The notes: generated by a model from the letters alone, not told the origin. A stretch of 64,000 nucleotides of DNA from Candidatus Obscuribacterales bacterium (GCA_965228855.1 CBDDIJ010000003.1:3520001-3584000); one strand, 5' to 3'. Positions 18,436-27,977 are shown, numbered from the stretch's first letter. Translations and numbers: made by a program.

Positions 18436-18843
18436 CTAAGCGGATTTCTTTAGTCGCGATTCAGCTATCTCCGAATAGGCTTGCCAAGCCGGTTCCACAG
18501 CGGGAAGCAAAGCCAGTGCCTTGTTAACCGGCCCCTTCGACACAATTTTTCCGGACATCAACGCAAGCGGTAAATTGACCTTACCAAGCCAAAATTGATG
18601 AGCGAAATCAGATTGCATAAACATTTCTATATCCGGTTTCTTCTCGCAGTCACCACTGGTGATGCGAATCTCGTCGCCATCCGAGCCATCGATCGTCAAA
18701 CTTCCATCAGGATTTTTATAGTGGAATCGAACGGTTAATTTGGACTTGAGCAACTCAGCGGAAATCTGGGGATTGCTTTTAATCCAGTTCCATAGCGCTT
18801 CCATCACAACATATAGTTCTTCCGTGCTGCTGAAAACCGCCAT
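18436..18843 (-). CDS. SCP2 sterol/lipid-binding domain protein
   Basis: AHQFWLGKVNLPLALMSGKIVSKG SCP2-type C-terminus; GAGGTG RBS. Confidence 0.85.
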   Translation of the reverse strand: MAVFSSTEELYVVMEALWNWIKSNPQISAELLKSKLTVRFHYKNPDGSLTIDGSDGDEIRITSGDCEKKPDIEMFMQSDFAHQFWLGKVNLPLALMSGKIVSKGPVNKALALLPAVEPAWQAYSEIAESRLKKSA

Positions 18844-19142
18844 CGTCACCACCTCACATCACCGTCAACTGGGTAAACCGCAGCAGTAGCGACTGCGCGC
18901 TTTGGAAGAATAATCGTCAGTCCCGGAAAAACGGCTCGACTGGCGAACTAAGAATTCTAAACTTATCTTTCTCATAGCATGCGACCTTCACAGCGGTGTC
19001 AAGAGGCACAATTAATGCTACATACGAATTGAGACAGTGAGAAAGTGTGCTTGCTTTTCTGGTCAGTCGGAGAACATCGAGCGGAGTGTGATGCTGCAGG
19101 TAGCAGAAATGCCTGAGTCCATCGGCTTTTCGACAAACACAG

Positions 19143-19168
19143 GGAACTCTGCGGGAAAAACCGCGTCC
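19143..19168 (+). promoter_or_regulatory. Candidate ECF-sigma promoter GGAAC-N17-GTCC
   Basis: Ends 35 nt upstream of the small ORF at 19204. Confidence 0.6.
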
Positions 19169-19203
19169 ACTTTTTTACACCTCGATAAAAGGAATGGGAA
19201 GGT

Positions 19204-19368
19204 ATGCTAGCTATGATCAGAACGATTAAAACAGTTGTATCCGTAATAACAGTAGTCACTTCAGTCGTGGTCGCTCTGAGCGAGCTTAAAAAAGCGATTG
19301 ATGGTTTCAAACGCAAGAAAGAGATCGAAGGCGATGGCGGAAGTGCCCTGGCTGCACAGACTACGTAA
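19204..19368 (+). CDS. 54-aa small protein, absent from the ORF track
   Basis: MLAMIRTIKTVVSVITVVTSVVVALSELKKAIDGFKRKKEIEGDGGSALAAQTT; GGGAAGG RBS, upstream promoter motif and downstream hairpin. Confidence 0.65.
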   Translation: MLAMIRTIKTVVSVITVVTSVVVALSELKKAIDGFKRKKEIEGDGGSALAAQTT

Positions 19369-19468
19369 TTCCGGAAGTTAAAACTACAATGCAACTAACG
19401 CACCGCGTCCTGTGAGATTCAGTGCTCGTTGGCTTTTAGCGGTGCGACTGAAACTGGAACAACTATAA

Positions 19469-19499
19469 GACACCGCTGCTCTTATGAACAGCGGTGTTT
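19469..19499. terminator. Hairpin terminator between convergent genes
   Basis: ACACCGCTG/CAGCGGTGT stem. Confidence 0.65.
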
Positions 19500-19523
19500 A
19501 AACGTTGACCACGGCACCTGGAC

Positions 19524-21107
19524 TTAAACAGCTTGCACCGCATCATCGGGTCCGATGGCTAGATCGCGCGGCATCTCCGTCTGTTCATCATCCAATGTGA
19601 GAGGACATGATTTGAGGTCGCAGTTGGCAGGGCCGTCAAGAACGCCACCAAGAGCGTCGAACCGCGAGCCGTGTGCAGGGCAGTCCCAACTGCCCTCGAC
19701 CGGATTCCAACGGACCAGCGCCGCCATATGAGGACACACGGCCGACATGCGATGAAGTTGACCGTAGTCGTCACGATACACCGCCATCTTTTCAGTGCCA
19801 CGCTGTACGATTGCGCCCTCACCAGGGGCAATATCAGCTTCCTGCATGTCGGCAGGTTTTAAATGGTCCGCGTATTGAGCCGCGGTATTAACGTTCTCCT
19901 TGAGATACGTTTCCACAGTACCAACTGTTTTCCGCGTGGGTTTAAATACATCACTATAGATGTTCGCTCTGTTCATTATCAAATCGGCGATGATCGTCCC
20001 AGCCAAAGTGCCTTGCGTCATGCCAACTCCTGAAAATCCGGTGGCAACATAGATATTTTCGCGGTGTCCAGGGTCATGACCGATGTATGCAATTCCATCC
20101 ACAGGCTCGTAAACCTGCCCGGACCATCTGAACTCGACGGGTCCAATGTCAGGCATCAACGCTTCCGTCCATTCTTCCAGAGCCTGGAAGTGCTGGCTGT
20201 AATCCTCATCCTGACCTGTTTTTCTATCCTCGCCACCAACAAGCAAATAGCGCTTTCCGTAGATTTCTTCAGTCCTTAAATAGTGGTACGGATTAGCTGT
20301 GTCCCAGAACATTCCATCGATGACGGAACCATCATCGATCTGAGCGCCTATCACATAACTACGGTAGGCAGCTTGCTTTGTGTGAATCGCGACGAGGTTA
20401 CTGACAGGACTATTTGTCGCGATTACGACGTATCGTGCCTTAATCGAATGACCGCTGTCTGTCAGTGCTTCGGCTATTTTTCCATCCTTTACCGCATTAA
20501 CATGCGTATCACAAAATATTTTACCGCCCATGTTTTGTATCGCCTTCACAACGCCTCGCAAGTAGCGAAGAACGTGAAATTGAGCCTGATTTGGTATTCT
20601 CAGACAAGGGCCTGGATTTACTGCAGGAAGCGGAACTTGCGCGAGGAATTCTACATCTGAAAAACCGACTCGCTGCATCGCCTCCATCTCAACGTCCAGA
20701 ACATCACGATCGCCGTTCGTCCCCATGAACAAATAGGCGTCCTTGCGCTCGAAGTTGCATTCTATATTCTCTTCAATAATTATCTGGGACATGCGATCGA
20801 TTGACTCACGCAAACCGGCCGCAACCAGTCTGGTGTTCTCGTCGCCATGCCACTTCTCCAGCTCAGCATATCGTTTGTCTAAAACCGCGGTGACATGCGC
20901 AGTAGTGCGTTCAGTCTCCCCACCCCCGAGCGAGCCGTCGTCAACAACAATTACGCTCTTACTTTCTTTGCAGAGCGCATACGCGATCGATAAACCAGCG
21001 ATACCTGCGCCTACTACTAAAACGTCGCATTCTAAATCGGCTCCAAGCGAATCGAAATTGGGCAAGCTGCCGTCAGCCAACCACAAAGAATCCGTAGCCC
21101 TGTCCAT
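19524..21107 (-). CDS. FAD-dependent oxidoreductase with C-terminal Rieske domain (YhfW-like)
   Basis: VVGAGIAG, GGETERTTAH; CPHM...WDCPAHGSRF Rieske motifs. Confidence 0.92.
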   Translation of the reverse strand: MDRATDSLWLADGSLPNFDSLGADLECDVLVVGAGIAGLSIAYALCKESKSVIVVDDGSLGGGETERTTAHVTAVLDKRYAELEKWHGDENTRLVAAGLRESIDRMSQIIIEENIECNFERKDAYLFMGTNGDRDVLDVEMEAMQRVGFSDVEFLAQVPLPAVNPGPCLRIPNQAQFHVLRYLRGVVKAIQNMGGKIFCDTHVNAVKDGKIAEALTDSGHSIKARYVVIATNSPVSNLVAIHTKQAAYRSYVIGAQIDDGSVIDGMFWDTANPYHYLRTEEIYGKRYLLVGGEDRKTGQDEDYSQHFQALEEWTEALMPDIGPVEFRWSGQVYEPVDGIAYIGHDPGHRENIYVATGFSGVGMTQGTLAGTIIADLIMNRANIYSDVFKPTRKTVGTVETYLKENVNTAAQYADHLKPADMQEADIAPGEGAIVQRGTEKMAVYRDDYGQLHRMSAVCPHMAALVRWNPVEGSWDCPAHGSRFDALGGVLDGPANCDLKSCPLTLDDEQTEMPRDLAIGPDDAVQAV

Positions 21108-21284
21108 AATCCGCGCCCTCACAGAAGTTCCGCTTACATAGCACTTGCTGGACAGCTCAGTGCTACATACTCACTAACGCACAGACTACTCGACTGCATC
21201 ACGTAACAAACTGCGAGGAGAAGCAGTGCGTCCCCCGGATGTCCCTTCGACCAGGGTGGAAATATGAAACTTTTTGGAGGAAAA

Positions 21285-22163
21285 ATGATGACACGTTTTG
21301 GCATTCTTTTCGCAGCCACTCTGGCGTTGGTCGCAGTGTCACCGGCAGCGAAAGCAGACACGACTCTGGTGGAAACTACTACGGTTTCTTCACCTACATT
21401 CGCGTTACCGGCTGGCGTACCTTATATGGTAGTCGACCCCGTCACCGGAAAAGTGTTCTCCGACTACTCGGCGACAGTGAAAGTCCCGGCTGGATACTAT
21501 ATCGCAGAACGAAGCAGTGGTAAGGTGGTGGCTACTACCGATGCCAACGGCAACCTCGTAGCAATCACGACCGCCCCTGCATCAAACGTTCTTGTCAAAG
21601 TTACAGAACGAAGAACAGCCTTAGAGCAACAAATCGCAGATGCTCTCTCTCGAAATGTTGTCGCAGTGACGGAGATTCAGCCACTTAAGGCAGCCCTGGC
21701 TGAAGTAGCAGCTCAGGAAGTTGTTCTCAGAAAGAACGGCGACTCTGTGACACTAGCACAAGCAGCACCGCTGGCGTATAGATTGAACGTAATCGGAAAC
21801 CAGCTTGCTCCGATGATCAAGACGACGACAGCTTACACACCTATTCTCGGTGAGCGTGTTTACGTTCAGAACGGACAGGTGCTGGTCGCCACGACTGACT
21901 ACGCCGCTCGCAGAGCACTTCTCGATCAACGGATTCAGTCAGAATACGACTTTGGACGATTAACCAACGATCAGGTCAAAGACCTTCGTGCAGACCTGTC
22001 GAAAATCGCCAATCTCGAACTTCGCAAGAAAAAAGATGGCAAACTTTCCGCATCCAACCAACGCTCGATCGAAAAGAAATTCAACGAACTTAGCGCTGAT
22101 TTGCAGGAAGACATCTCCGACACCAACAAGCGCCGCGCCAGAATTGGTCTGAAGGTCGAATAG
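21285..22163 (+). CDS. Secreted hypothetical protein with two helical-repeat modules
   Basis: GGAGG RBS; signal ending AKA-D; GRLTNDQVKDLRADL module. Confidence 0.85.
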   Translation: MMTRFGILFAATLALVAVSPAAKADTTLVETTTVSSPTFALPAGVPYMVVDPVTGKVFSDYSATVKVPAGYYIAERSSGKVVATTDANGNLVAITTAPASNVLVKVTERRTALEQQIADALSRNVVAVTEIQPLKAALAEVAAQEVVLRKNGDSVTLAQAAPLAYRLNVIGNQLAPMIKTTTAYTPILGERVYVQNGQVLVATTDYAARRALLDQRIQSEYDFGRLTNDQVKDLRADLSKIANLELRKKKDGKLSASNQRSIEKKFNELSADLQEDISDTNKRRARIGLKVE

Positions 22164-22185
22164 TTATTGTTCGATCATCGACCAC

Positions 22186-22222
22186 AAAGACATGCGCTTC
22201 GGTTGCGGAGCGCATGTCCTTT
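22186..22222. terminator. Probable bidirectional terminator
   Basis: GACATGCGCTTC/GGAGCGCATGTC stem between convergent genes. Confidence 0.75.
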
Positions 22223-24380
22223 ATTGCGAGACTCTACCCGCCCGAGTCCGCAACGAAAATGAAAAGGATGTCTCACCCGCTTGCTCAAACAAATCCGCAT
22301 AACGGTTCAATTCATCAGCCAACTTGGGATTGTTGAATCCAAGTGTTTTCTCTTTGAATTTCAAATGGTCTTGGGCTTTCTCCTTCGCCATGTCCAACTT
22401 ACTCTGCGTGAGCAAATTGAAAATCAGAAAGTCTTCGACGTCGTACTGGTTTACCGGCGTTACAGTGGTGCCATTCAGCTTCTGAGTCGCATCACAAGCT
22501 CTACGAAACATTGCCTCGGCCTTTGGAAAGTTCTTCAGACTGGTGTATGCAATTCCAAGCTCTGCCAACGCATCTGGAAGTTGATCATCAGGAGCTGTTT
22601 TGCCTTTGCTTTCGAAAATCCCAATCCAGTACTCGTACTCCTTGATCGCACTTGCGTAGCGTTTTAAACTAAACTCCAGACGTGCATACCTGAGCACCAA
22701 TGGAGCATCAGAGTCTAAGATTTCCGATGCCAGCTTTCGAGTTTGCAGCGCTTGACCGACGAGGTCATCTGCAAATAATCGGTCGGTCTCTGTTGTTTTT
22801 TCCGACATGATCGTCGAAGCGATACGATTCAACCTGACAATAGCCTCGTCTGCGGTAACCCGACCTCCCACCTTCGCGCCTTGATATGCAATGAGTTCAA
22901 GTGAGCCGGCCTCTTGCGATTTTCCACCGGCTAGTTTTGCATCAGCAATTGCAGAGAGTTGCTCTATTTCATCACGCTTGAACTTTACGCTCTGAGCCAA
23001 ACTCTTCGCTGACTCGGTCGCAGCGGAGTACCTTTTGTTAGTCCAATCCAGGAGCACTTTTTCGGCAAGCTCCCGATATTTAGGTTTCGCCCACACGCGC
23101 TTCGGAAAATCTCCTTCGGAAAAAACTTTTGCTTGTTCAGATGCAGCTAGTAAAGTCGAACTCGGAGGAGACGATTCGGCGCGGGGTAAAAGCACTTCAG
23201 CCAGAGCCGCACCATGAGAACAAATAAACAGCGCGAATACAAGAATTAAAGCTGTTGTCGCTTTGGAATTGCCTTTTCGAGATAGTGCTTTGACTACAAG
23301 TTTTTGAAAATCTATGATCAATTGCTCACTATTTTTGAGAAAGCGCCCCTGTTCAGGCAAACCGGCAAGCAATCCGCGTTGAACGGAATCAGTCAAATCA
23401 TCATCTTCTCGGCCTACTTGCGAATTGAATTGAACCAACTCTTCCGCCCAATTCTTATCGACACCCGGCGCAAAAAATTGCGTTGAAAAACCTTGCGCTT
23501 TGTTTGGTCCGTTTGAATTCCAAACATCAACAGATAAGTTTGGGAATCCGGGATTGATGTTGATGGTGAAATTAGGCCACAAGACGTGGTACTGGGACTC
23601 TTGAATTTCGCCGCTTGTATCATAGATTTTCAAGCGTGCTTTCGCTTTGGAGTCACCCGCTCGCGCCTTGCCGACTTGACTAAAGAAGTAGGGATAAGAA
23701 GTGAGTTTGTAGCTATCCGGATCAACATCGATTGCCGCACTAAAGCCGGGATGCGCAACGGGACAGTGGTAGCATTCGAGATAATTCTCAAGCATTGTTT
23801 TCCAGTTCGAGTTCGATTCCCAGCTGGAGCGCTCCCATAAGTAGAGGTTACTCAAATCGATGCCACTATCGGCGATGATGTTTAAAACGTCACCAAAGTA
23901 ATGTGAAACGGGCTTGTCGTCACTGTCAAAATTGACGAATACAAACGGTCCCAGCAATTCTGTCCGCACCGTGATCAACGGATAATCTTCTGTTTTGAAG
24001 CCGTCTTCGCGATCGGCTCTGGGAGCCGCTCTCAAACAACCATTCAAGTCATAAGTCCAGGCGTGATACCGACATTGCATCGATGTAGAGTGCCCACATC
24101 CTTTCATAACTTCGTGGCGGCGGTGACGGCAAACGTTGACAAATGCTTGAATGCCGTCTTCGTTTCTCACAGCAACCACTGGAATATTTCCGACATAAGC
24201 TGTCACGAAATCACCGATGTTACGCATCTCGAAAATCGAGCCGACGTACTGCCAACTCTTGCGAAAGATCAAATCTATTTCCGTGTCGGCGATTGAAGTA
24301 TCCGTGTACCATCGAGACGGCAGAGAAATACCCTGGTCAAGCAACTTCAGGAGTTCATCGATTTGATCGAGAGTAGTCAT
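22221..24380 (-). CDS. Rieske non-heme iron oxygenase alpha subunit fused to a signal/TM segment and a TPR-like domain
   Basis: CRH...CRYHAWTY Rieske motif; ENYLECYHCPVAH iron motif; then ALILVFALFICSHGAALA and TPR-like helices (ALAELGIAYTSLKNFPKAEAMFRRA). Confidence 0.85.
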   Translation of the reverse strand: MTTLDQIDELLKLLDQGISLPSRWYTDTSIADTEIDLIFRKSWQYVGSIFEMRNIGDFVTAYVGNIPVVAVRNEDGIQAFVNVCRHRRHEVMKGCGHSTSMQCRYHAWTYDLNGCLRAAPRADREDGFKTEDYPLITVRTELLGPFVFVNFDSDDKPVSHYFGDVLNIIADSGIDLSNLYLWERSSWESNSNWKTMLENYLECYHCPVAHPGFSAAIDVDPDSYKLTSYPYFFSQVGKARAGDSKAKARLKIYDTSGEIQESQYHVLWPNFTININPGFPNLSVDVWNSNGPNKAQGFSTQFFAPGVDKNWAEELVQFNSQVGREDDDLTDSVQRGLLAGLPEQGRFLKNSEQLIIDFQKLVVKALSRKGNSKATTALILVFALFICSHGAALAEVLLPRAESSPPSSTLLAASEQAKVFSEGDFPKRVWAKPKYRELAEKVLLDWTNKRYSAATESAKSLAQSVKFKRDEIEQLSAIADAKLAGGKSQEAGSLELIAYQGAKVGGRVTADEAIVRLNRIASTIMSEKTTETDRLFADDLVGQALQTRKLASEILDSDAPLVLRYARLEFSLKRYASAIKEYEYWIGIFESKGKTAPDDQLPDALAELGIAYTSLKNFPKAEAMFRRACDATQKLNGTTVTPVNQYDVEDFLIFNLLTQSKLDMAKEKAQDHLKFKEKTLGFNNPKLADELNRYADLFEQAGETSFSFSLRTRAGRVSQ

Positions 24381-24412
24381 AATTCAAGCACCGCGCGGAA
24401 AAAATTATCATA

Positions 24413-25639
24413 TCAGATTCGTTCGGACTCCCCGCTTACACCTCTAAGCATGACAGGTAGACCAAGCAACAAAATCACGCTCATGATTTGCAACGACTGA
24501 ATGAACTGCAGATGCTCCGCAATCGTGGCTGCAAAGAAATCTGAACCAATCATGCCCAGAGAATAAGCAATGTTGTATACAGCATAGACTGCCGAGTAAC
24601 AGTTCATACCTTTTCGGTCTACGGCGTTTCCCAACTCAGCAGAGGTCGGATTCAGAACAAAAGCGTATGCCATGCTGACTATACATAGAATTACGCCAGT
24701 CCATAAGATACTGGGGAACACCGCCAGTAGTGGCAGCGAAATTGCCATTAAGACCATTCCAAAACAAATAGCTCTTTTGATGGAAAACTTCTCGGCCATC
24801 AGATTAACGACCGGTGCCATCATGCCATACGCAATGGTCGAGACCGTAAACATCGGTCCGATGTCATGCGGAGCACCATGCAGTTTCGAAGTCACATGGA
24901 GTGGCAGAAGTGGCTCGAGAAGCCCCCACGCAGAGGCGGCAAGTGCGACCGCAAAGGCGGCGCTAAGAACCGTTTTGTCCAGAAGTAAGCTTCTCAGATC
25001 TGCTGAAGATTCATTCTTCGCGGGATGGTTTGGAAGCAGAAGGACTCGCATGCAAATGTCCAAAGCAATGAAGCATCCAGCAACTTGAAACGGAAGCAAG
25101 TAACCTCCCATCTCGAAAAACCAGGTTCCAATCATCGGCCCCAGAATCGAGCCGGCCGTGCTCCCAACCATCGCAAGTCCCATCATTTGAACCCGCTTAT
25201 CGTGATATTTCTCAGCAACCAGAGCCAAACCGGCAGTCCAGGAGGCTGCAGCCGACGCACCTTGAAACGCACGCGCAACGACTAAGAGATAAAAACTGTC
25301 GCCAAGGGCAAAAAGTAATGTCGCAAGCGAAATCATTACAACGCCGATTATCATCGGAGTTCGACAGCCATATTTGTCGCCAAGGTGTCCGAAAAGCGGC
25401 GTGGCTAGAAGGACGCCAACCGCGTAAGCCCCGTAAAGTATTCCCATCTGTTGCTCGCCAACAATCTTCGCGGGCGAGTACGGGGTCAGCGGCACCACCA
25501 ACCCATACATCATGTAATCGATAAACAAAGCGAATGCGACGACGACAAGAACTGTCCATCGATAACTACGCAGACTGTCAATAAGACCGCGCAAAGTAGA
25601 TTGCTTCCTCGTGCTAAATTTCGATAACGCCGAGCCCAT
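24413..25639 (-). CDS. MFS transporter resembling SLC18/vesicular amine transporter-type DHA1 proteins
   Basis: 12 TM; ALFIDYMMYGLVVP, GHLGDKYG motif A, ARAFQGA. Confidence 0.9.
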   Translation of the reverse strand: MGSALSKFSTRKQSTLRGLIDSLRSYRWTVLVVVAFALFIDYMMYGLVVPLTPYSPAKIVGEQQMGILYGAYAVGVLLATPLFGHLGDKYGCRTPMIIGVVMISLATLLFALGDSFYLLVVARAFQGASAAASWTAGLALVAEKYHDKRVQMMGLAMVGSTAGSILGPMIGTWFFEMGGYLLPFQVAGCFIALDICMRVLLLPNHPAKNESSADLRSLLLDKTVLSAAFAVALAASAWGLLEPLLPLHVTSKLHGAPHDIGPMFTVSTIAYGMMAPVVNLMAEKFSIKRAICFGMVLMAISLPLLAVFPSILWTGVILCIVSMAYAFVLNPTSAELGNAVDRKGMNCYSAVYAVYNIAYSLGMIGSDFFAATIAEHLQFIQSLQIMSVILLLGLPVMLRGVSGESERI

Positions 25640-25801
25640 TATATCTGCTATGACCCTTTTACTAATTACGCCTGGCAGACCAGGCGCCGCCAGCAATCGC
25701 TCAAATTCACATGTTCATTGGCAAGAAGCGCGTAATCAGTGACTGGAAGCTGTGCTACCTTGCAGGAAGGAATTACATTCGCGTTGTTTCGGAGGACCCG
25801 A

Positions 25802-26317
25802 ATGGTCGGTACATCGAACAAACTTGAACGAGCCAAATCTCGAGAGGAAAACGAGACTCAGGAGCTACGCGACGAGACAAAATTTACTCTCCAGGAAGGA
25901 CGCATGACCCTGCCTGGCATTCAAACGTTGTTCGGTTTCCAGCTTATTTCAGTTTTCAGTCCGGTTTTTGATCAAAAAGTGGGGCACGATGATAAGGTCC
26001 TTCACCTCATCGCAATAGGTCTAACGGTGCTATCAATCGCGCTAACTATGACTCCCGCCGCTTACGACCGCCAGACCGAGGATTGGAGATGTTCACACAG
26101 ATTCGTCCGCATCGCAAGCACCTGTATCACATTGGGCATGATACCACTGGCAATATCAATGGCTCTTGATCTCTATGTCATCGCTCTGCTTATAACCACC
26201 GACAAAATCACGGCCGTGTCATCGGGAATCGGAGCGTTGATTCTATTCACAATTCTCTGGTTTCTTTTTCCGAAGTTTGACCTCCGGGAAAAGCCGAAAA
26301 CAACTCCGCTGGCCTGA
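25802..26317 (+). CDS. Four-TM membrane protein (DUF6328-like)
   Basis: QEGRMTLPGIQTLFGFQL and MTPAAYDR motifs; GGAGG RBS. Confidence 0.8.
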   Translation: MVGTSNKLERAKSREENETQELRDETKFTLQEGRMTLPGIQTLFGFQLISVFSPVFDQKVGHDDKVLHLIAIGLTVLSIALTMTPAAYDRQTEDWRCSHRFVRIASTCITLGMIPLAISMALDLYVIALLITTDKITAVSSGIGALILFTILWFLFPKFDLREKPKTTPLA

Positions 26318-26358
26318 CAGATACCGCCGTTTAGATTCGACCGTCGGAAAAGGTACCA

Positions 26359-26487
26359 TTGTCAATGTGACAGCGACGGATCTTGCCAAATCCGTCGCTC
26401 TGGGATTGACAGCGCGGGTATTGAAACCGGTTTGTCAACGAGACAGCGACGGATCGCCAAATCCGTCGCTCTGGGATTGACAGGCGC
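26359..26487. repeat. Two direct copies of an approx. 56-bp palindromic REP-like unit
   Basis: TTGTCAA-N3-GACAGCGACGGATC(TT)GCCAAATCCGTCGCTCTGGGATTGACAG starting at 26359 and 26432. Confidence 0.9.
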
Positions 26488-26498
26488 AGCTGAAACGA

Positions 26499-27134
26499 TT
26501 AAGCCGCGTCTTTCAGATAAGAAGAAAGCCTCTTCTGAATTTTGATTCGAGCTCTCGAAATTCTGGACTTCACAGTTCCGATTTCGGTCTGAGTTAGCTG
26601 AGCGATTTCCTCGTAGGACAGTCCCTCAACGTCACGCAGCACAGCTGCAGTGCGAAATTGTCCTGGCAAACTCGACAATGCATTAGCGACGGCATCAGCC
26701 AACTCGCTGTTTAGCAACTTGTCTTCCGGTTGTGCAGAACCGTCCACGATCTCACGAGTCGCCACTTCGTTGCCGTTGTCTGAAGTTATTGGCTCATCAA
26801 TCGAAAGCACCTGACCATCGCGCGGACGCTTGCGAAGCTCATCATAGAAAAGGTTTGTCACAATCTTGCGCAACCAACTCTTGAAGCAATCCGGATTCCG
26901 AAGGTTGCCGATCGAACGCCATATACGAATGTTAGCTTCCTGTACCAGATCCGAGGGATCAAGCCAGTCCGGCGCCACGTGGTAAACCATCGAGACAATA
27001 GTTTGCCGATGTCTATCCAGCAGATGGTTCAACGCTTCCGGATCATTTTGCTGACACGCGACAATAAGGTCCGCGTCATTCAAATCACTATAGTTTCCAC
27101 GTCTACTCTTTAGAGCTTTACACGGGCCTTCCAT
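26499..27134 (-). CDS. ECF sigma-70 factor (RpoE/cyanobacterial SigG-like)
   Basis: DLVQE, FKSWLRKIVTNLFYDELRKRPR, EGLSYEEIA...GTVKSRISRAR; GAGGTG RBS. Confidence 0.93.
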   Translation of the reverse strand: MEGPCKALKSRRGNYSDLNDADLIVACQQNDPEALNHLLDRHRQTIVSMVYHVAPDWLDPSDLVQEANIRIWRSIGNLRNPDCFKSWLRKIVTNLFYDELRKRPRDGQVLSIDEPITSDNGNEVATREIVDGSAQPEDKLLNSELADAVANALSSLPGQFRTAAVLRDVEGLSYEEIAQLTQTEIGTVKSRISRARIKIQKRLSSYLKDAA

Positions 27135-27435
27135 TAAAAACACCTCTTTGCGCGTACTTGAAGTTTGGATTCAGAGCAAACCGCAAAATTTTGCTCAGTT
27201 ATCCTGTAGCACAAAGATCCGGAATCGAAACTTTTAAGGAACATGAGCATAGCCTCATAAAGTCGCACCGGATAAGGCTTTGCATTGGCGCCCCCCTTTG
27301 CGAATCTTTCTTGCGCGAAACCGTTATAACCGTTACGAAACAGCACGTGAACAGGTTTATTGGAGCAATGCGGGGTGCAGATTAAGACGGACTACGATGT
27401 GCTAAGAAGCTTTCATAGGCACCTGGAGCATAACT

Positions 27436-27876
27436 ATGAAAGTTAGTGAAATCATGACCGCGGCGCCCACCTGCTGCTGCAGAGAAGAGAAGGCGCAACA
27501 AGCGGCCAGCATTATGCGCAATTTGAATGTCGGGATCGTACCTATTGTAGAGAGCGAAACAGATGAGACATTGATCGGCTTAGTGACAGACCGCGACCTC
27601 TGCCTTCGCATTGTGGCACTCGGTATCGACCCATCGGTAGCCTGCGTTGAAAGCTGTATGTCAGAGGAAATCATTTCTTGCCACGCGGACGACAATGTCG
27701 AGAGGGTGGTGGCACTCATGCAAAAGCATCAGATTCGCAGAGTCCCTGTTGTAGACTCGCAAAACCACATAGAAGGAATTGTCTCTCTTGCAGACATCAC
27801 AGTCCGGGCGCATGAGCAAGACATCGCAGAAACGATCACTGAGATATCAGAGCCAGCAGGACTCTTTCATTTATGA
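27436..27876 (+). CDS. Stand-alone CBS-pair protein
   Basis: MKVSEIMT, GLVTDRD, HQIRRVPVVD, GIVSLADI. Confidence 0.92.
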   Translation: MKVSEIMTAAPTCCCREEKAQQAASIMRNLNVGIVPIVESETDETLIGLVTDRDLCLRIVALGIDPSVACVESCMSEEIISCHADDNVERVVALMQKHQIRRVPVVDSQNHIEGIVSLADITVRAHEQDIAETITEISEPAGLFHL

Positions 27877-27906
27877 CCGGGTTTTCAGTTTTTCCAGTGA
27901 TGGTTA

Positions 27907-27942
27907 AAAACGCACACGTTTACCACGTGTGCGTTTTGTTTC
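27907..27942 (+). terminator. Terminator after the CBS gene
   Basis: AAAACGCACACGT/ACGTGTGCGTTTT perfect stem. Confidence 0.75.
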
Positions 27943-27977
27943 AAACAAGAAATAAGCTTCGCGTTCCACAACTTAAG

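Noticed and set aside
18999..19394. 131-aa minus-strand ORF
   Set aside because: Antisense shadow of the plus-strand small gene, which has promoter and RBS support
26359..26487. Mini-CRISPR array
   Set aside because: Only two units, each about 56 bp with a spacer of about 16 bp, and no cas genes in the window
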